From the IMG/VR virus record IMGVR_UViG_3300020578_000048: 20,000 nt of DNA; one strand, 5' to 3'. The notes under the pieces were generated by a model. The model was given only the letters and a program-made list of their open reading frames with translations. It ran no database searches and was not told where the DNA came from. Position numbers and translations under genes: made by a program. Shown in pieces: positions 9,318-17,404 of this stretch. Positions within the stretch are counted from its first letter, which is position 1. Each line of letters begins with the position of its first letter. This stretch comes from an uncultured virus (IMG/VR IMGVR_UViG_3300020578_000048). Lineage: Duplodnaviria > Heunggongvirae > Uroviricota > Caudoviricetes.

Positions 9318-9437
9318 AGCAGCAGTAAAGGTAGTGGTTGAACTAACACGCCACCGCTGACCGGACCAAGTCCAGGTCTTACCACCGGCTATATAGGTTT
9401 GATTAACACTGGGGTTACTGGGAAATGTAATAGGCAT
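9309..9437 (-). pseudogene. Truncated fibre gene: only the shared N-terminal module (42 aa)
   Basis: MPITFPSNPSVNQTYIAGGKTWTWSGQRWRVSSTTTFTAANV then TGA TGA. Homologous to the N-termini at 5763, 9089, 14558 and 17400. TAAATA motif upstream. It could instead be a genuine mini-protein. Confidence 0.65.
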
Positions 9438-9451
9438 AGTTATCTGGTTAT

Positions 9452-9509
9452 TGTGATATTTATCAATAAACAAGATTAAATTTGTAACCAATACCCCTCA
9501 CAATAAATA
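9452..9509. promoter_or_regulatory. Divergent pair of TAAATA motifs between the truncated fibre gene (-) and the enzyme island (+)
   Basis: Minus-strand GATAAATATCACA (TAAATA 9462-9457) and plus-strand AATAAATA (TAAATA 9504-9509), 4 nt before ATG 9514. Confidence 0.5.
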
Positions 9510-9513
9510 ATTC

Positions 9514-10248
9514 ATGTTCAATAAACCAGTGGTGCTCAAATTTTATAATACTATTCGTGGTGTAGAAAAAACCATGCCCATTGTTCCAGCTAAACGATTG
9601 TCATATGATTGGAAAAAAACTGCTGCTCAAGACTTTAATCAAGCTAGAACTAATAGCCCTGGCCAAACTGTAAGAAATATAGTTAATTGTACAGGAATTA
9701 ATACGCTGCATAGACAAGGGTGGGTTATTAGAGCTTGGCAAGATTTTTACATTAAACCTCAAGGGATAGATGGTTTTACTTGGCGTAGTCCAATGGATCA
9801 AAAACCCATGAACGACGAGGACTATATTGGTTTCCATGGCCCTGACAGGTTAAAATATTTCAAAAACTGGCCAAAACACTCTTTACGTTGTTTAGTAAAG
9901 GTTCATACTGGGTGGAGAGTCAAAGTACCCCCGGGTTATATACTTTATCAAGTTCCTATGTTTTATCAAGATGAAAATAGGTTTACCGCTTGTGCAGGTA
10001 GTTATACTGCTGATGTAGGAGTGGCCTATCTCAATGTTCCACTATATTGGCACGCTGTCGACAGCGACGAAACAGTAGCAGCAGGTACGCCGTTATGTCA
10101 TTTAATTTTAGCTCCTGACACTGATTACGGATTTGAAATCTTAGACGAACCAGACCAAGAACAAGAAACACTTTTTAAGATTATGACCGGCTCTAGATTT
10201 GTTAGAGACTACGGATCTATCAAGGACTTTTATAATAAACTTCGATGA
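9514..10248 (+). CDS. Conserved phage hypothetical protein (possibly DUF6065-like beta-barrel)
   Basis: 244 aa with NIVNCTGI...GWVIRAWQDF...KVHTGWRVKVPPGY...AGTPLCHLI motifs. TAAATA immediately upstream. ATGA overlap with the next gene. The family name is a tentative recollection. Confidence 0.7.
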   Translation: MFNKPVVLKFYNTIRGVEKTMPIVPAKRLSYDWKKTAAQDFNQARTNSPGQTVRNIVNCTGINTLHRQGWVIRAWQDFYIKPQGIDGFTWRSPMDQKPMNDEDYIGFHGPDRLKYFKNWPKHSLRCLVKVHTGWRVKVPPGYILYQVPMFYQDENRFTACAGSYTADVGVAYLNVPLYWHAVDSDETVAAGTPLCHLILAPDTDYGFEILDEPDQEQETLFKIMTGSRFVRDYGSIKDFYNKLR

Positions 10249-11399
10249 AAAAACTAGCAGTAATTGGCAGAGGACTTGTTGGTTGCCTGGCAGTAGGACA
10301 TTTTCTACGCTGGACCAATTGGCATATAGATTGGATCTACGACCCTAGTTTAGAGTCAAATCCAGTGGGCGAAGGCACCAACCTCAAAGTGCCCTATGCC
10401 TTATACGAATCATTGGCATTTAACTGGAACGATATTCAACAGTTGGATGCTACACCTAAAATAGGAATACTTAAACATAATTGGGGAGGTGCAGATTATT
10501 TACATCCTTTCCCTAGTAATTCGGTAGCACTGCACATAAATGCCATTTCTCTGCAGAATTATATTTTTAATAAACTAAAAGACAATGATCGAATAACCTG
10601 TGTTGAATCTAATGTAGTAGAATCAAGTGCTCTTGATGCTGATTACGTAATGGTTTGTACTGGGTCACCCAAGAACTTCGAAGACAATTTTGAAATTATT
10701 TCAAGTATTCCGGTTAATACTTGCTTAGTAAGCCAATGTCCTTGGCCTATGCCAACGTTTAATTACTCGCTTACTCATGCTCAAAAACATGGATGGACGT
10801 TTGGTATTCCTTTAACTAACAGATGCAGCATAGGTTATCTTTATGACCGAAATCTTGTTACTGAGCCTGAGATACGAAACCAAATCAAAGATATACTAAG
10901 TGAATTAAAATTAGAACCATCAGTTCAAAGAATTATTCAATTTCGGAACTATCGACGGCGAGAGAATTTCCAAGATAGAGTTTGTTACAATGGTAATGCT
11001 AGCTTTTTCTTAGAACCGCTAGAAGCAACGTCCACCGGTACTGCTACAGATATTTTACGCATGGCCTACGACCACTGGTTAGGCACAGCTAGCTCAGAAC
11101 AAGTTAATACCATCTATCGTCAAGAATTAGACCATATCGAAGCTATGATATGTTTGCACTATATGAGCGGTTCAAGATTCGCTAGTAATTTTTGGGACGG
11201 TGCTACCAGACGAGGTACACAAAAGGTCACTGACATGTTACGTTATAATCAAGAATTTTACGAAATTATAAAATTAGCCATCGAATCACAAAACCCGCAT
11301 CAACGAACTCTTAAAGAAGTAGGTTCATGGACTCTTAACAGTTACAAAATAAACATCCAGGGACTGGGTCTTTACCACAGGCTCAAAGCATTACTCTAA
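10245..11399 (+). CDS. Flavin-dependent halogenase-like protein (tryptophan halogenase family)
   Basis: Rossmann GxGxxG (IGRGLVG), VGEGT, ATPKIGI (position of the catalytic Lys in PrnA-type ATxKxGI), GWTFGIPL (variant of WxWxIP) and GNASFFLEPLEATS. Confidence 0.85.
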   Translation: MKKLAVIGRGLVGCLAVGHFLRWTNWHIDWIYDPSLESNPVGEGTNLKVPYALYESLAFNWNDIQQLDATPKIGILKHNWGGADYLHPFPSNSVALHINAISLQNYIFNKLKDNDRITCVESNVVESSALDADYVMVCTGSPKNFEDNFEIISSIPVNTCLVSQCPWPMPTFNYSLTHAQKHGWTFGIPLTNRCSIGYLYDRNLVTEPEIRNQIKDILSELKLEPSVQRIIQFRNYRRRENFQDRVCYNGNASFFLEPLEATSTGTATDILRMAYDHWLGTASSEQVNTIYRQELDHIEAMICLHYMSGSRFASNFWDGATRRGTQKVTDMLRYNQEFYEIIKLAIESQNPHQRTLKEVGSWTLNSYKINIQGLGLYHRLKALL

Positions 11400-11773
11400 T
11401 CTGAACTGTCTGTTACTACCCAATTTGGTATAGATTCGTCCCACCCAAATAATTTATTAGGATCTTGAGGTTTCTCTATCGGAGCAGTCCATTGCCAATT
11501 TGTAGTGTTTAATACCCAACTTGGGTACGGTTTAGGCGGTATAAAAACATCTTGTGCAGGATCATATGTATACCCGGTCCCTGCGAAATTTCCCCTAAAA
11601 TTTTTATTGTAACTGGTTTGACGCCAATTTGCGTGGCCAACAGACCATATAATAAGAAATGCTATACCTAATTCCTCACGTTCGATGCCATTGGGATCTA
11701 GTAGTTCTTGATTGCTTACAACAATCACTTCCGTAACAACATTATTAGAATCTAATTTTGCGAAATGTGCCAT
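11396..11773 (-). CDS. Small Trp/Pro-rich phage protein ('MAHFAKLD' type), putative chaperone/tip protein
   Basis: 125 aa, paralog of 5771..6130 (MAHFAKLD, WRQTSYN, FIPPKPYPSW, WTAP, WDE). Its stop overlaps the convergent halogenase stop. Confidence 0.75.
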   Translation of the reverse strand: MAHFAKLDSNNVVTEVIVVSNQELLDPNGIEREELGIAFLIIWSVGHANWRQTSYNKNFRGNFAGTGYTYDPAQDVFIPPKPYPSWVLNTTNWQWTAPIEKPQDPNKLFGWDESIPNWVVTDSSD

Positions 11774-11776
11774 TTT

Positions 11777-13606
11777 TTACCAAGTTATTGTTCCGCTGCC
11801 AGTGAACACATAGGTTCTGTAACCACCACCTACACTGTACGTAGGACTACCAGTTGTAGATGCTGCTGCACCAAATGAATCTGCGTAGCGTATCACTACT
11901 ACGCCAGAACCACCTGCACCACCATAAGAAGGAGTTCCGGCACTAACGTTTCGTACGCCACCACCTCCGCCCCCGGTGTTTATTCCTCCACCGGCCCCGG
12001 TGTTAGTTACGCCGCCCCCAGTACCACCTCCGCCAGCACCCCCAGCGCCACCAGGATTCCCAGCGCCACCACCTTGCCATTGTCCATATCCACCACCGCC
12101 TCCACCTGCTACTGTGCGGTCTAAATAAGTACCACCAGCTCCTCCAGCTCCACCACTCTCGCCACCCACCGCAGTGGACCCGCCACCGCCGCCACCGCCG
12201 GCACCATGCCCACTTCCTCCGCCATTATTACCTTGACCAGATGTGCCGGCGCCGCCTCCTTTGTAACCATTACCACCTGACCCGCCGCCACCTGACCCGC
12301 CGGAGGCTCCGGGGTAACCAGCTGGCCCAATTCCACCACCTCCGCCTCCAGTGCTGGTTATGGTACTAGGTGTTCCTGTTCCACTAGTGACCGATAATGA
12401 AGAATTTTGTCCGCTGCCACTGCCGCCCGAATCGGTCGCTCCTGTCCCACCTGATCCTACTGTGATTGTGAGTGATCCTTCTCTAGACCTGGTCATGGTT
12501 CCTGTAAGTACACCACCAGCCCCACCTCCCCCACCACCTTCCCATCCACCGGATCCACCGCCACCTCCACCGCCTGCTACTACAAGATAATCAATTGAAG
12601 TAGGACTAGCACTGGGTGTAGTGATTTGGTTACTAGATGTACTATTAGGACTATTACCGATTGCATTAGTAGCGTAAACCACAAATGTATAACTTGTTGT
12701 TGCTGCCAATCCTGATACTGTAATAGTCCCCGAACCAGCCTGACTTAAGGTACCTGTAAAATTACCCGGCGTACTAACCGCTGTATAACTTGTAATTGCC
12801 AAGCCGCCATTGCTGGCTGGCGCAGTATAGGCTACTGTAGCAGAGGTACTAGTTGCAGCGGTCGCCGTACCAATAGTTGGTACTCCGGGCAGTGTAGCTG
12901 GAATTATAGCTGCACTTGCAGCACTATTAGATCCATTGCCGATTTCATTGGTAGCGTATACCGCAAAGGTATAACTAGTACCTTGAGTCAATCCAGATAC
13001 TCTAATAGTTCCCGATCCGGCTTGACTTAGCGTACCAGTAATATTCCCTGGCGTACTAACTGCGGTATAGGAAGTAATTGGCAATCCACCATTGGTGGCT
13101 GGTGCGCTAAAGGGAATATCAATTTGTGTTCCTGAGCCCGATACCCTAGTAGGTGTACCAATAGTGGGAGCGCCTGGCACTGTAGCTGGAAAAATAGCAG
13201 CACTAGCAGCACTGTTTAGACCATTTCCTACAATATTTGTAGCATATACTAAAAATGTATAACTGGTTCCTTGCGTTAACCCAGATACTCTAATAGTTCC
13301 TGATCCTGTTTGACTGACACTAGCTGTAATATTTCCGGGTGTACTCACTGCTGTATAACTAGTAATAGTTTGATTACCATTATAGGCAGGTGCAGTAAAA
13401 GCTACATCTATACTGGTCCCCGATCCTGAAACTCTTGAGACTCCGGTAATAGTGGGTGCATCAGGTACTCGACCATACTCTGGCCACACACTAGATCTAG
13501 TCGCAGCCGCTGCATCATTGCGATTCCAAACCCCAGATGCCGAGCCTGGCCACCCGCCCACACTGGCAACAATATTTCCAATTAGGCGACCTCTTGTGTG
13601 CTTCAT
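11777..13606 (-). CDS. Fibronectin type III x3 + Gly-rich module protein (609 aa), adhesin-like
   Basis: Three ~96-aa repeats PxxPTI...APAxNG...ITSYT...VSGLxxxTSYTFxVYATNxxG, then IDYLVVAGGGGGG...GGSGVVVIRY...TYVFTGSGTITW. Confidence 0.88.
   Translation of the reverse strand: MKHTRGRLIGNIVASVGGWPGSASGVWNRNDAAAATRSSVWPEYGRVPDAPTITGVSRVSGSGTSIDVAFTAPAYNGNQTITSYTAVSTPGNITASVSQTGSGTIRVSGLTQGTSYTFLVYATNIVGNGLNSAASAAIFPATVPGAPTIGTPTRVSGSGTQIDIPFSAPATNGGLPITSYTAVSTPGNITGTLSQAGSGTIRVSGLTQGTSYTFAVYATNEIGNGSNSAASAAIIPATLPGVPTIGTATAATSTSATVAYTAPASNGGLAITSYTAVSTPGNFTGTLSQAGSGTITVSGLAATTSYTFVVYATNAIGNSPNSTSSNQITTPSASPTSIDYLVVAGGGGGGGSGGWEGGGGGGAGGVLTGTMTRSREGSLTITVGSGGTGATDSGGSGSGQNSSLSVTSGTGTPSTITSTGGGGGGIGPAGYPGASGGSGGGGSGGNGYKGGGAGTSGQGNNGGGSGHGAGGGGGGGSTAVGGESGGAGGAGGTYLDRTVAGGGGGGYGQWQGGGAGNPGGAGGAGGGGTGGGVTNTGAGGGINTGGGGGGVRNVSAGTPSYGGAGGSGVVVIRYADSFGAAASTTGSPTYSVGGGYRTYVFTGSGTITW
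12614..13468 (-). repeat. Three tandem FN3-coding repeats, 288-bp period
   Basis: ccagatactctaatagttcc occurs at 12993 and 13281, 288 bp apart. Units start at 13468, 13180 and 12892. Confidence 0.85.
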
Positions 13607-13609
13607 TGA

Positions 13610-13966
13610 TTAACTAATAATCTCGTAGGCTATAACAGCACTCATTGCGGAATTTGAACTAGCATTGCCCTGTATTGCATCACCTTCTTCTAAGTAAAAT
13701 GCAGTATCTTTACCGGTCACAATTAGTGTAGAATTTGCGGGTACACTAACATTACCTACTAGATAATAGGTAGTACCACTTCTTAGCACTAAGGCCGTGC
13801 CAGTCACTGGCGCTGTTGTATAATTAGCATAGGTTATGCTGTTAATTTTAAGCACAGTTCCGCTGTTTGAGGAGTTAGTTAATAAACTGCTCAAAGATGT
13901 AGTCATTGCGACCAGGGCTGTTTTTGCTGTAATTGTTGTGACATTGACTATGTTTGGTGCTGCCAT
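13610..13966 (-). CDS. 118-aa putative virion adaptor/structural protein
   Basis: Start revised to ATG 13966 (MAAPNIVNVTTITAKT) because GGAGG lies 5 nt upstream, next to the previous stop. Beta-rich: VSVPANSTLIV...YLEEGDAI...IAYEIIS. Confidence 0.78.
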   Translation of the reverse strand: MAAPNIVNVTTITAKTALVAMTTSLSSLLTNSSNSGTVLKINSITYANYTTAPVTGTALVLRSGTTYYLVGNVSVPANSTLIVTGKDTAFYLEEGDAIQGNASSNSAMSAVIAYEIIS

Positions 13967-13967
13967 G

Positions 13968-14558
13968 TTAACCTCCAAAAACTATTGTCATAGCTACTAT
14001 TTTACCGGTTGTAGCCGCAGTGCCAGCTGCTCCGGTAGCTCCTTGTGATCCAGCAGCACCAGTTGCACCAACGGCACCAGTTGCACCTATAGGTCCTGTA
14101 CCTACTCCGGCCCAACCACCACTAGCGTAGACACTGAGATCCCCAGTGTCTGCGTCAAACCATAAACTGCCCTGTGAGGTAGTAGCAGGCACAGTATTAC
14201 TTACTGTAACAGTAGCACCGCCTGACCCAATGGCTGCATTACCAATTAAACTGCCAGCCGGTAATACTACTGCATTATTAGATGCTTTAATAACAGCACC
14301 ACCTAGATAAAAACTGTCGCCCGACAAGTATAAATCACGCCAACGTAGTGTGCTTATTCCTAGGTCATAGGTAACATTGGCTGCTGGTACTATGTTACTG
14401 ACAACCGCTAGTAAATTAGCCGATGTACCAGTGGCGCCTGTGGCACCGGTGGCGCCTGCAGGAATTACCGACCAAGCAGTACCATCATATAACCAAGTTT
14501 GTCCCCCGGTTTGATGAGTTTGTCCATTGGTAGCGTTTGACGGAAATTGTATGGGCAT
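13968..14558 (-). CDS. 196-aa short fibre protein: shared N-terminal module + collagen-like stretches
   Basis: MPIQFPSNATNGQTHQTGGQTWLYDGTAW, GATGATGATG, 'NIVPAANVTYDLGISTLRWRDLYLSG', GSLWFDADTGDLSVY, GPIGATGAVGATGAAGSQGATGAAG, and C-terminal TGKIVAMTIVFGG. Confidence 0.82.
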   Translation of the reverse strand: MPIQFPSNATNGQTHQTGGQTWLYDGTAWSVIPAGATGATGATGTSANLLAVVSNIVPAANVTYDLGISTLRWRDLYLSGDSFYLGGAVIKASNNAVVLPAGSLIGNAAIGSGGATVTVSNTVPATTSQGSLWFDADTGDLSVYASGGWAGVGTGPIGATGAVGATGAAGSQGATGAAGTAATTGKIVAMTIVFGG

Positions 14559-14565
14559 GATCTAG

Positions 14566-14571
14566 TATTTA
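14566..14571 (-). promoter_or_regulatory. TAAATA motif overlapping the stop codon, upstream of ATG 14558
   Basis: Minus strand reads ACG TAAATA CTAGATC ATG. Confidence 0.4.
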
Positions 14572-17400
14572 CGTAAATGTCACAGTACCAGTTCCGGCTG
14601 TGACTGAATATACTCGATAACCTGTTACCGCGGTGTTTGCGGTAGACACAGTCAGGCCAGCTGAAAATGTGGCTGTGTATAGATTGGGTATGCGTAGGAC
14701 GACTATGCCAGAACCACCTGCGCCACCGTCAAAATTCGTAACACCACTAGAGCCCCCACCTCCGCCACCTCCACCGCTATTAGTCGTACCTGATGAGCCT
14801 GAACTAACCGACCCTGCACCACCACCACCGATTCCGCCTGGACTCGCTACACTTGGTGATTGTGCTCCGCCACCACCACCACCAGAGTAAGTCACAGTTA
14901 ACCCAGAGATTGAAGAATTAGCGCCGGCTCCACCCGGTGCGCTGGCAGATGTCGAGGCTGTTGCGCTTCCTCCGGCTGCACTAGCACCCCCTCCGCCACC
15001 TCCTCCAAAATATGGATTTGATGAAATTCCGTTTCCGCCTGCATTTCCTTGACTAGGCGTAGTTGAAGGAGTATTTCCACTGGCCCCGGGTGTATTGGCA
15101 TAAGATCCACCCCCACCAGATCCACCAGTCAAGGCTGCGTTAGTTCCTCCACTAGCTCCAGCACCCCCACCCCCGCCCGTCGAAGTTATAGTAGAAAAAA
15201 TAGAATTAGTACCACTTGATCCATATCGTTGCGAAGTTCCATTGCTACCTGCTCCACCTGCTCCTACTGTTATTGTATAAGGAATTTCAGAACTGATATT
15301 AGTAGCAGTTCCAGTTAAAAATCCACCGCCTCCACCACCGCCAGCTACTCCATTTCCACCACCACCGCCACCAGCTACTACCAAATAGTCCACTGCGAGT
15401 GGTGGGGTGGTGGTGAATGAGATTGATCCTGTGCCCGCAGTGAATCTTGTGTATTTTTCTGCGGCACTAATCACACCAGTTTCTGCGGTTAGCCCTGTGC
15501 CTACGTTGACGTAGTAGCTGGTAGAATAGCGTAGAACGACTACACCAGAACCACCAGAACCACCTGTTCTCGAATTAGATCCAGAATTATCTGCTGCACC
15601 ACCACCACCTCCACCGGTATTAGCTGTAGCATTACTACCATTGCTATTGGCGCCACCCAAACCTCCACTACCAGATCCAGCCGCACCGGGGCCTGTGCCG
15701 CCATTGCCGCTCCCTCCGCCTCCGCCCCCAGCATAAACAATAACTGATCCAGTAATACTGGAAGAAACACTATTTCCTCCACTACCACCTTGTTGCCCGG
15801 ATCCACTACCACCAACACCACCTGCTCCGCCACCACCTGCAGCGGCATAAGGAGCAGCCGACCCAGGGCTACCATTGCCTCCAGCATTGCCTTGTCCTGA
15901 TGTGCCAGCTGCTCCTGTTATAGTAGTATACCCTGAACCTCCGCCACCTGACCCACCTGAAGTTGCTGAGTATCCAGATGAGGATGATGAATATCCCCCT
16001 CCTCTGCCTCCGCCTGTGCTAATTATGGTATCAAATCTACTGTCACTACCTGACGTCGACGCTGTTGAAGATCCGCCGGTGCCACCAGCTCCGACAGTTA
16101 AATTATATACTGTATTAGGTTGAATATTATTTTGAGTTCCTGAAAGTAATCCGCCTGCACCACCACCCCCAGCTCCAATGTTTTGCCCTACGGTTCCTCC
16201 TCCCGCACCGCCACCTGCAACTACAAGGTATTGTACAGAGATTGGTGGTGATGTCGAAAAACTGATAGTACCAGTGCCAGCTGTGAATGTGGTGATTTTG
16301 AATCCCTCAATGGTGATTGTTGACGCGGTTAGGCCAGCTGATACAGTTTCATAATATAAGATGGGATATTTAAGAATAACAATGCCCGAACCACCGGCCC
16401 CACCATTAGTATTACTAGTACCAGCAGCAGCGCCACTCGATCCCCCGCCACCGCTACCTGTATTAACTGTTCCTGCCCCGCCAGTGCCGGATAAAGCAGC
16501 CCCAGCACCCCCAATTCCAGATCCGCCTGATCCCGGAGTTCCTCCTCGATATACACCACCGCCACCGCCACCGGCATAAAATGTCGCTGAACCTGTTATA
16601 CTGTTTAACGCACCAGCACCACCGTTGCCACCCCCGGGCGAATCTGCGCCGGCACCACCGGCACCGCCGGCACCACCACCGCCCCCGCCGGCACCAATAT
16701 TAGTATTTGGACCAGCATTTCCTCCACTGTTGCCTTGACTAGGTGTAGTAGATGGTGTGTTACCAGCTCCGCCAGTAGCACCTAGCGGTGCACCTCCTCC
16801 CCCACTGCCCCCGGTGGACCCCCCAGTACCGCTTGCGCCAGCGTCGTATCCACCGCCGCCTCCACCAGTTGAAGTTATTGCTGAAAATAAAGAATTAGAT
16901 CCATTAGTACCTTGTGCTTTTCCTACACCACCAGCACCACCAGCCCCTACTGTTACTGTGTATGATGTATTTGTAATTACATTAAAGCCAGTAGCAGTCC
17001 TATAACCCCCAGCACCACCACCACCAGCTCCATATGTTTGAGATTGTTGGGCCCCGCCACCACCAGCACCGCCAGCAACTATTAGGTATTCTAAATCAAA
17101 AGACGTTGTTCCACCTCCAATAGTCTTGTCCACCGACATCCAGGATTGGTAGGTAGGATCATAATATTCTACAGATAAAAAATTGCTGTTATATCGTATG
17201 GCACCACTGGGCGGGTTGCTAGGTCTTTGAGCTGTGGTGCCTGAAGGTAAGTCAAAGTATCCGGTGGTCAGGGTTGGTGTATTGTAGGCTATGGTGTTGG
17301 CACCGGTTCTACGCCAGGTTTGACCAGTCCAGGTATAGGTAATACCAGAATATGTATATACATTGCCTGCGGTGGGATTTACGGGAAAACTTATGGGCAT
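14569..17400 (-). CDS. Glycine-rich adhesin/fibre protein with shared N-terminal module and three Gly-rich modules (943 aa)
   Basis: Start revised to ATG 17400 (MPISFPVNPTAGNVYTYSGITYTWTGQTW), just after the upstream stop. Fibre motif 'LPSGTTAQRP...GAIRYNS...EYY'. Three YL(I/V)VAGG...GGSG(I/V)V(I/V)L(K/R) modules. Confidence 0.88.
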   Translation of the reverse strand: MPISFPVNPTAGNVYTYSGITYTWTGQTWRRTGANTIAYNTPTLTTGYFDLPSGTTAQRPSNPPSGAIRYNSNFLSVEYYDPTYQSWMSVDKTIGGGTTSFDLEYLIVAGGAGGGGAQQSQTYGAGGGGAGGYRTATGFNVITNTSYTVTVGAGGAGGVGKAQGTNGSNSLFSAITSTGGGGGGYDAGASGTGGSTGGSGGGGAPLGATGGAGNTPSTTPSQGNSGGNAGPNTNIGAGGGGGGAGGAGGAGADSPGGGNGGAGALNSITGSATFYAGGGGGGVYRGGTPGSGGSGIGGAGAALSGTGGAGTVNTGSGGGGSSGAAAGTSNTNGGAGGSGIVILKYPILYYETVSAGLTASTITIEGFKITTFTAGTGTISFSTSPPISVQYLVVAGGGAGGGTVGQNIGAGGGGAGGLLSGTQNNIQPNTVYNLTVGAGGTGGSSTASTSGSDSRFDTIISTGGGRGGGYSSSSSGYSATSGGSGGGGSGYTTITGAAGTSGQGNAGGNGSPGSAAPYAAAGGGGAGGVGGSGSGQQGGSGGNSVSSSITGSVIVYAGGGGGGSGNGGTGPGAAGSGSGGLGGANSNGSNATANTGGGGGGAADNSGSNSRTGGSGGSGVVVLRYSTSYYVNVGTGLTAETGVISAAEKYTRFTAGTGSISFTTTPPLAVDYLVVAGGGGGGNGVAGGGGGGGFLTGTATNISSEIPYTITVGAGGAGSNGTSQRYGSSGTNSIFSTITSTGGGGGAGASGGTNAALTGGSGGGGSYANTPGASGNTPSTTPSQGNAGGNGISSNPYFGGGGGGGASAAGGSATASTSASAPGGAGANSSISGLTVTYSGGGGGGAQSPSVASPGGIGGGGAGSVSSGSSGTTNSGGGGGGGGSSGVTNFDGGAGGSGIVVLRIPNLYTATFSAGLTVSTANTAVTGYRVYSVTAGTGTVTFT

Positions 17401-17404
17401 AGTG

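Noticed and set aside
9200..9385. 61-aa ORF in the track as a standalone gene
   Set aside because: Its first half is an alternate frame of the anchor peptide. Only its middle part is meaningful, as a piece of the oxygenase-like remnant.
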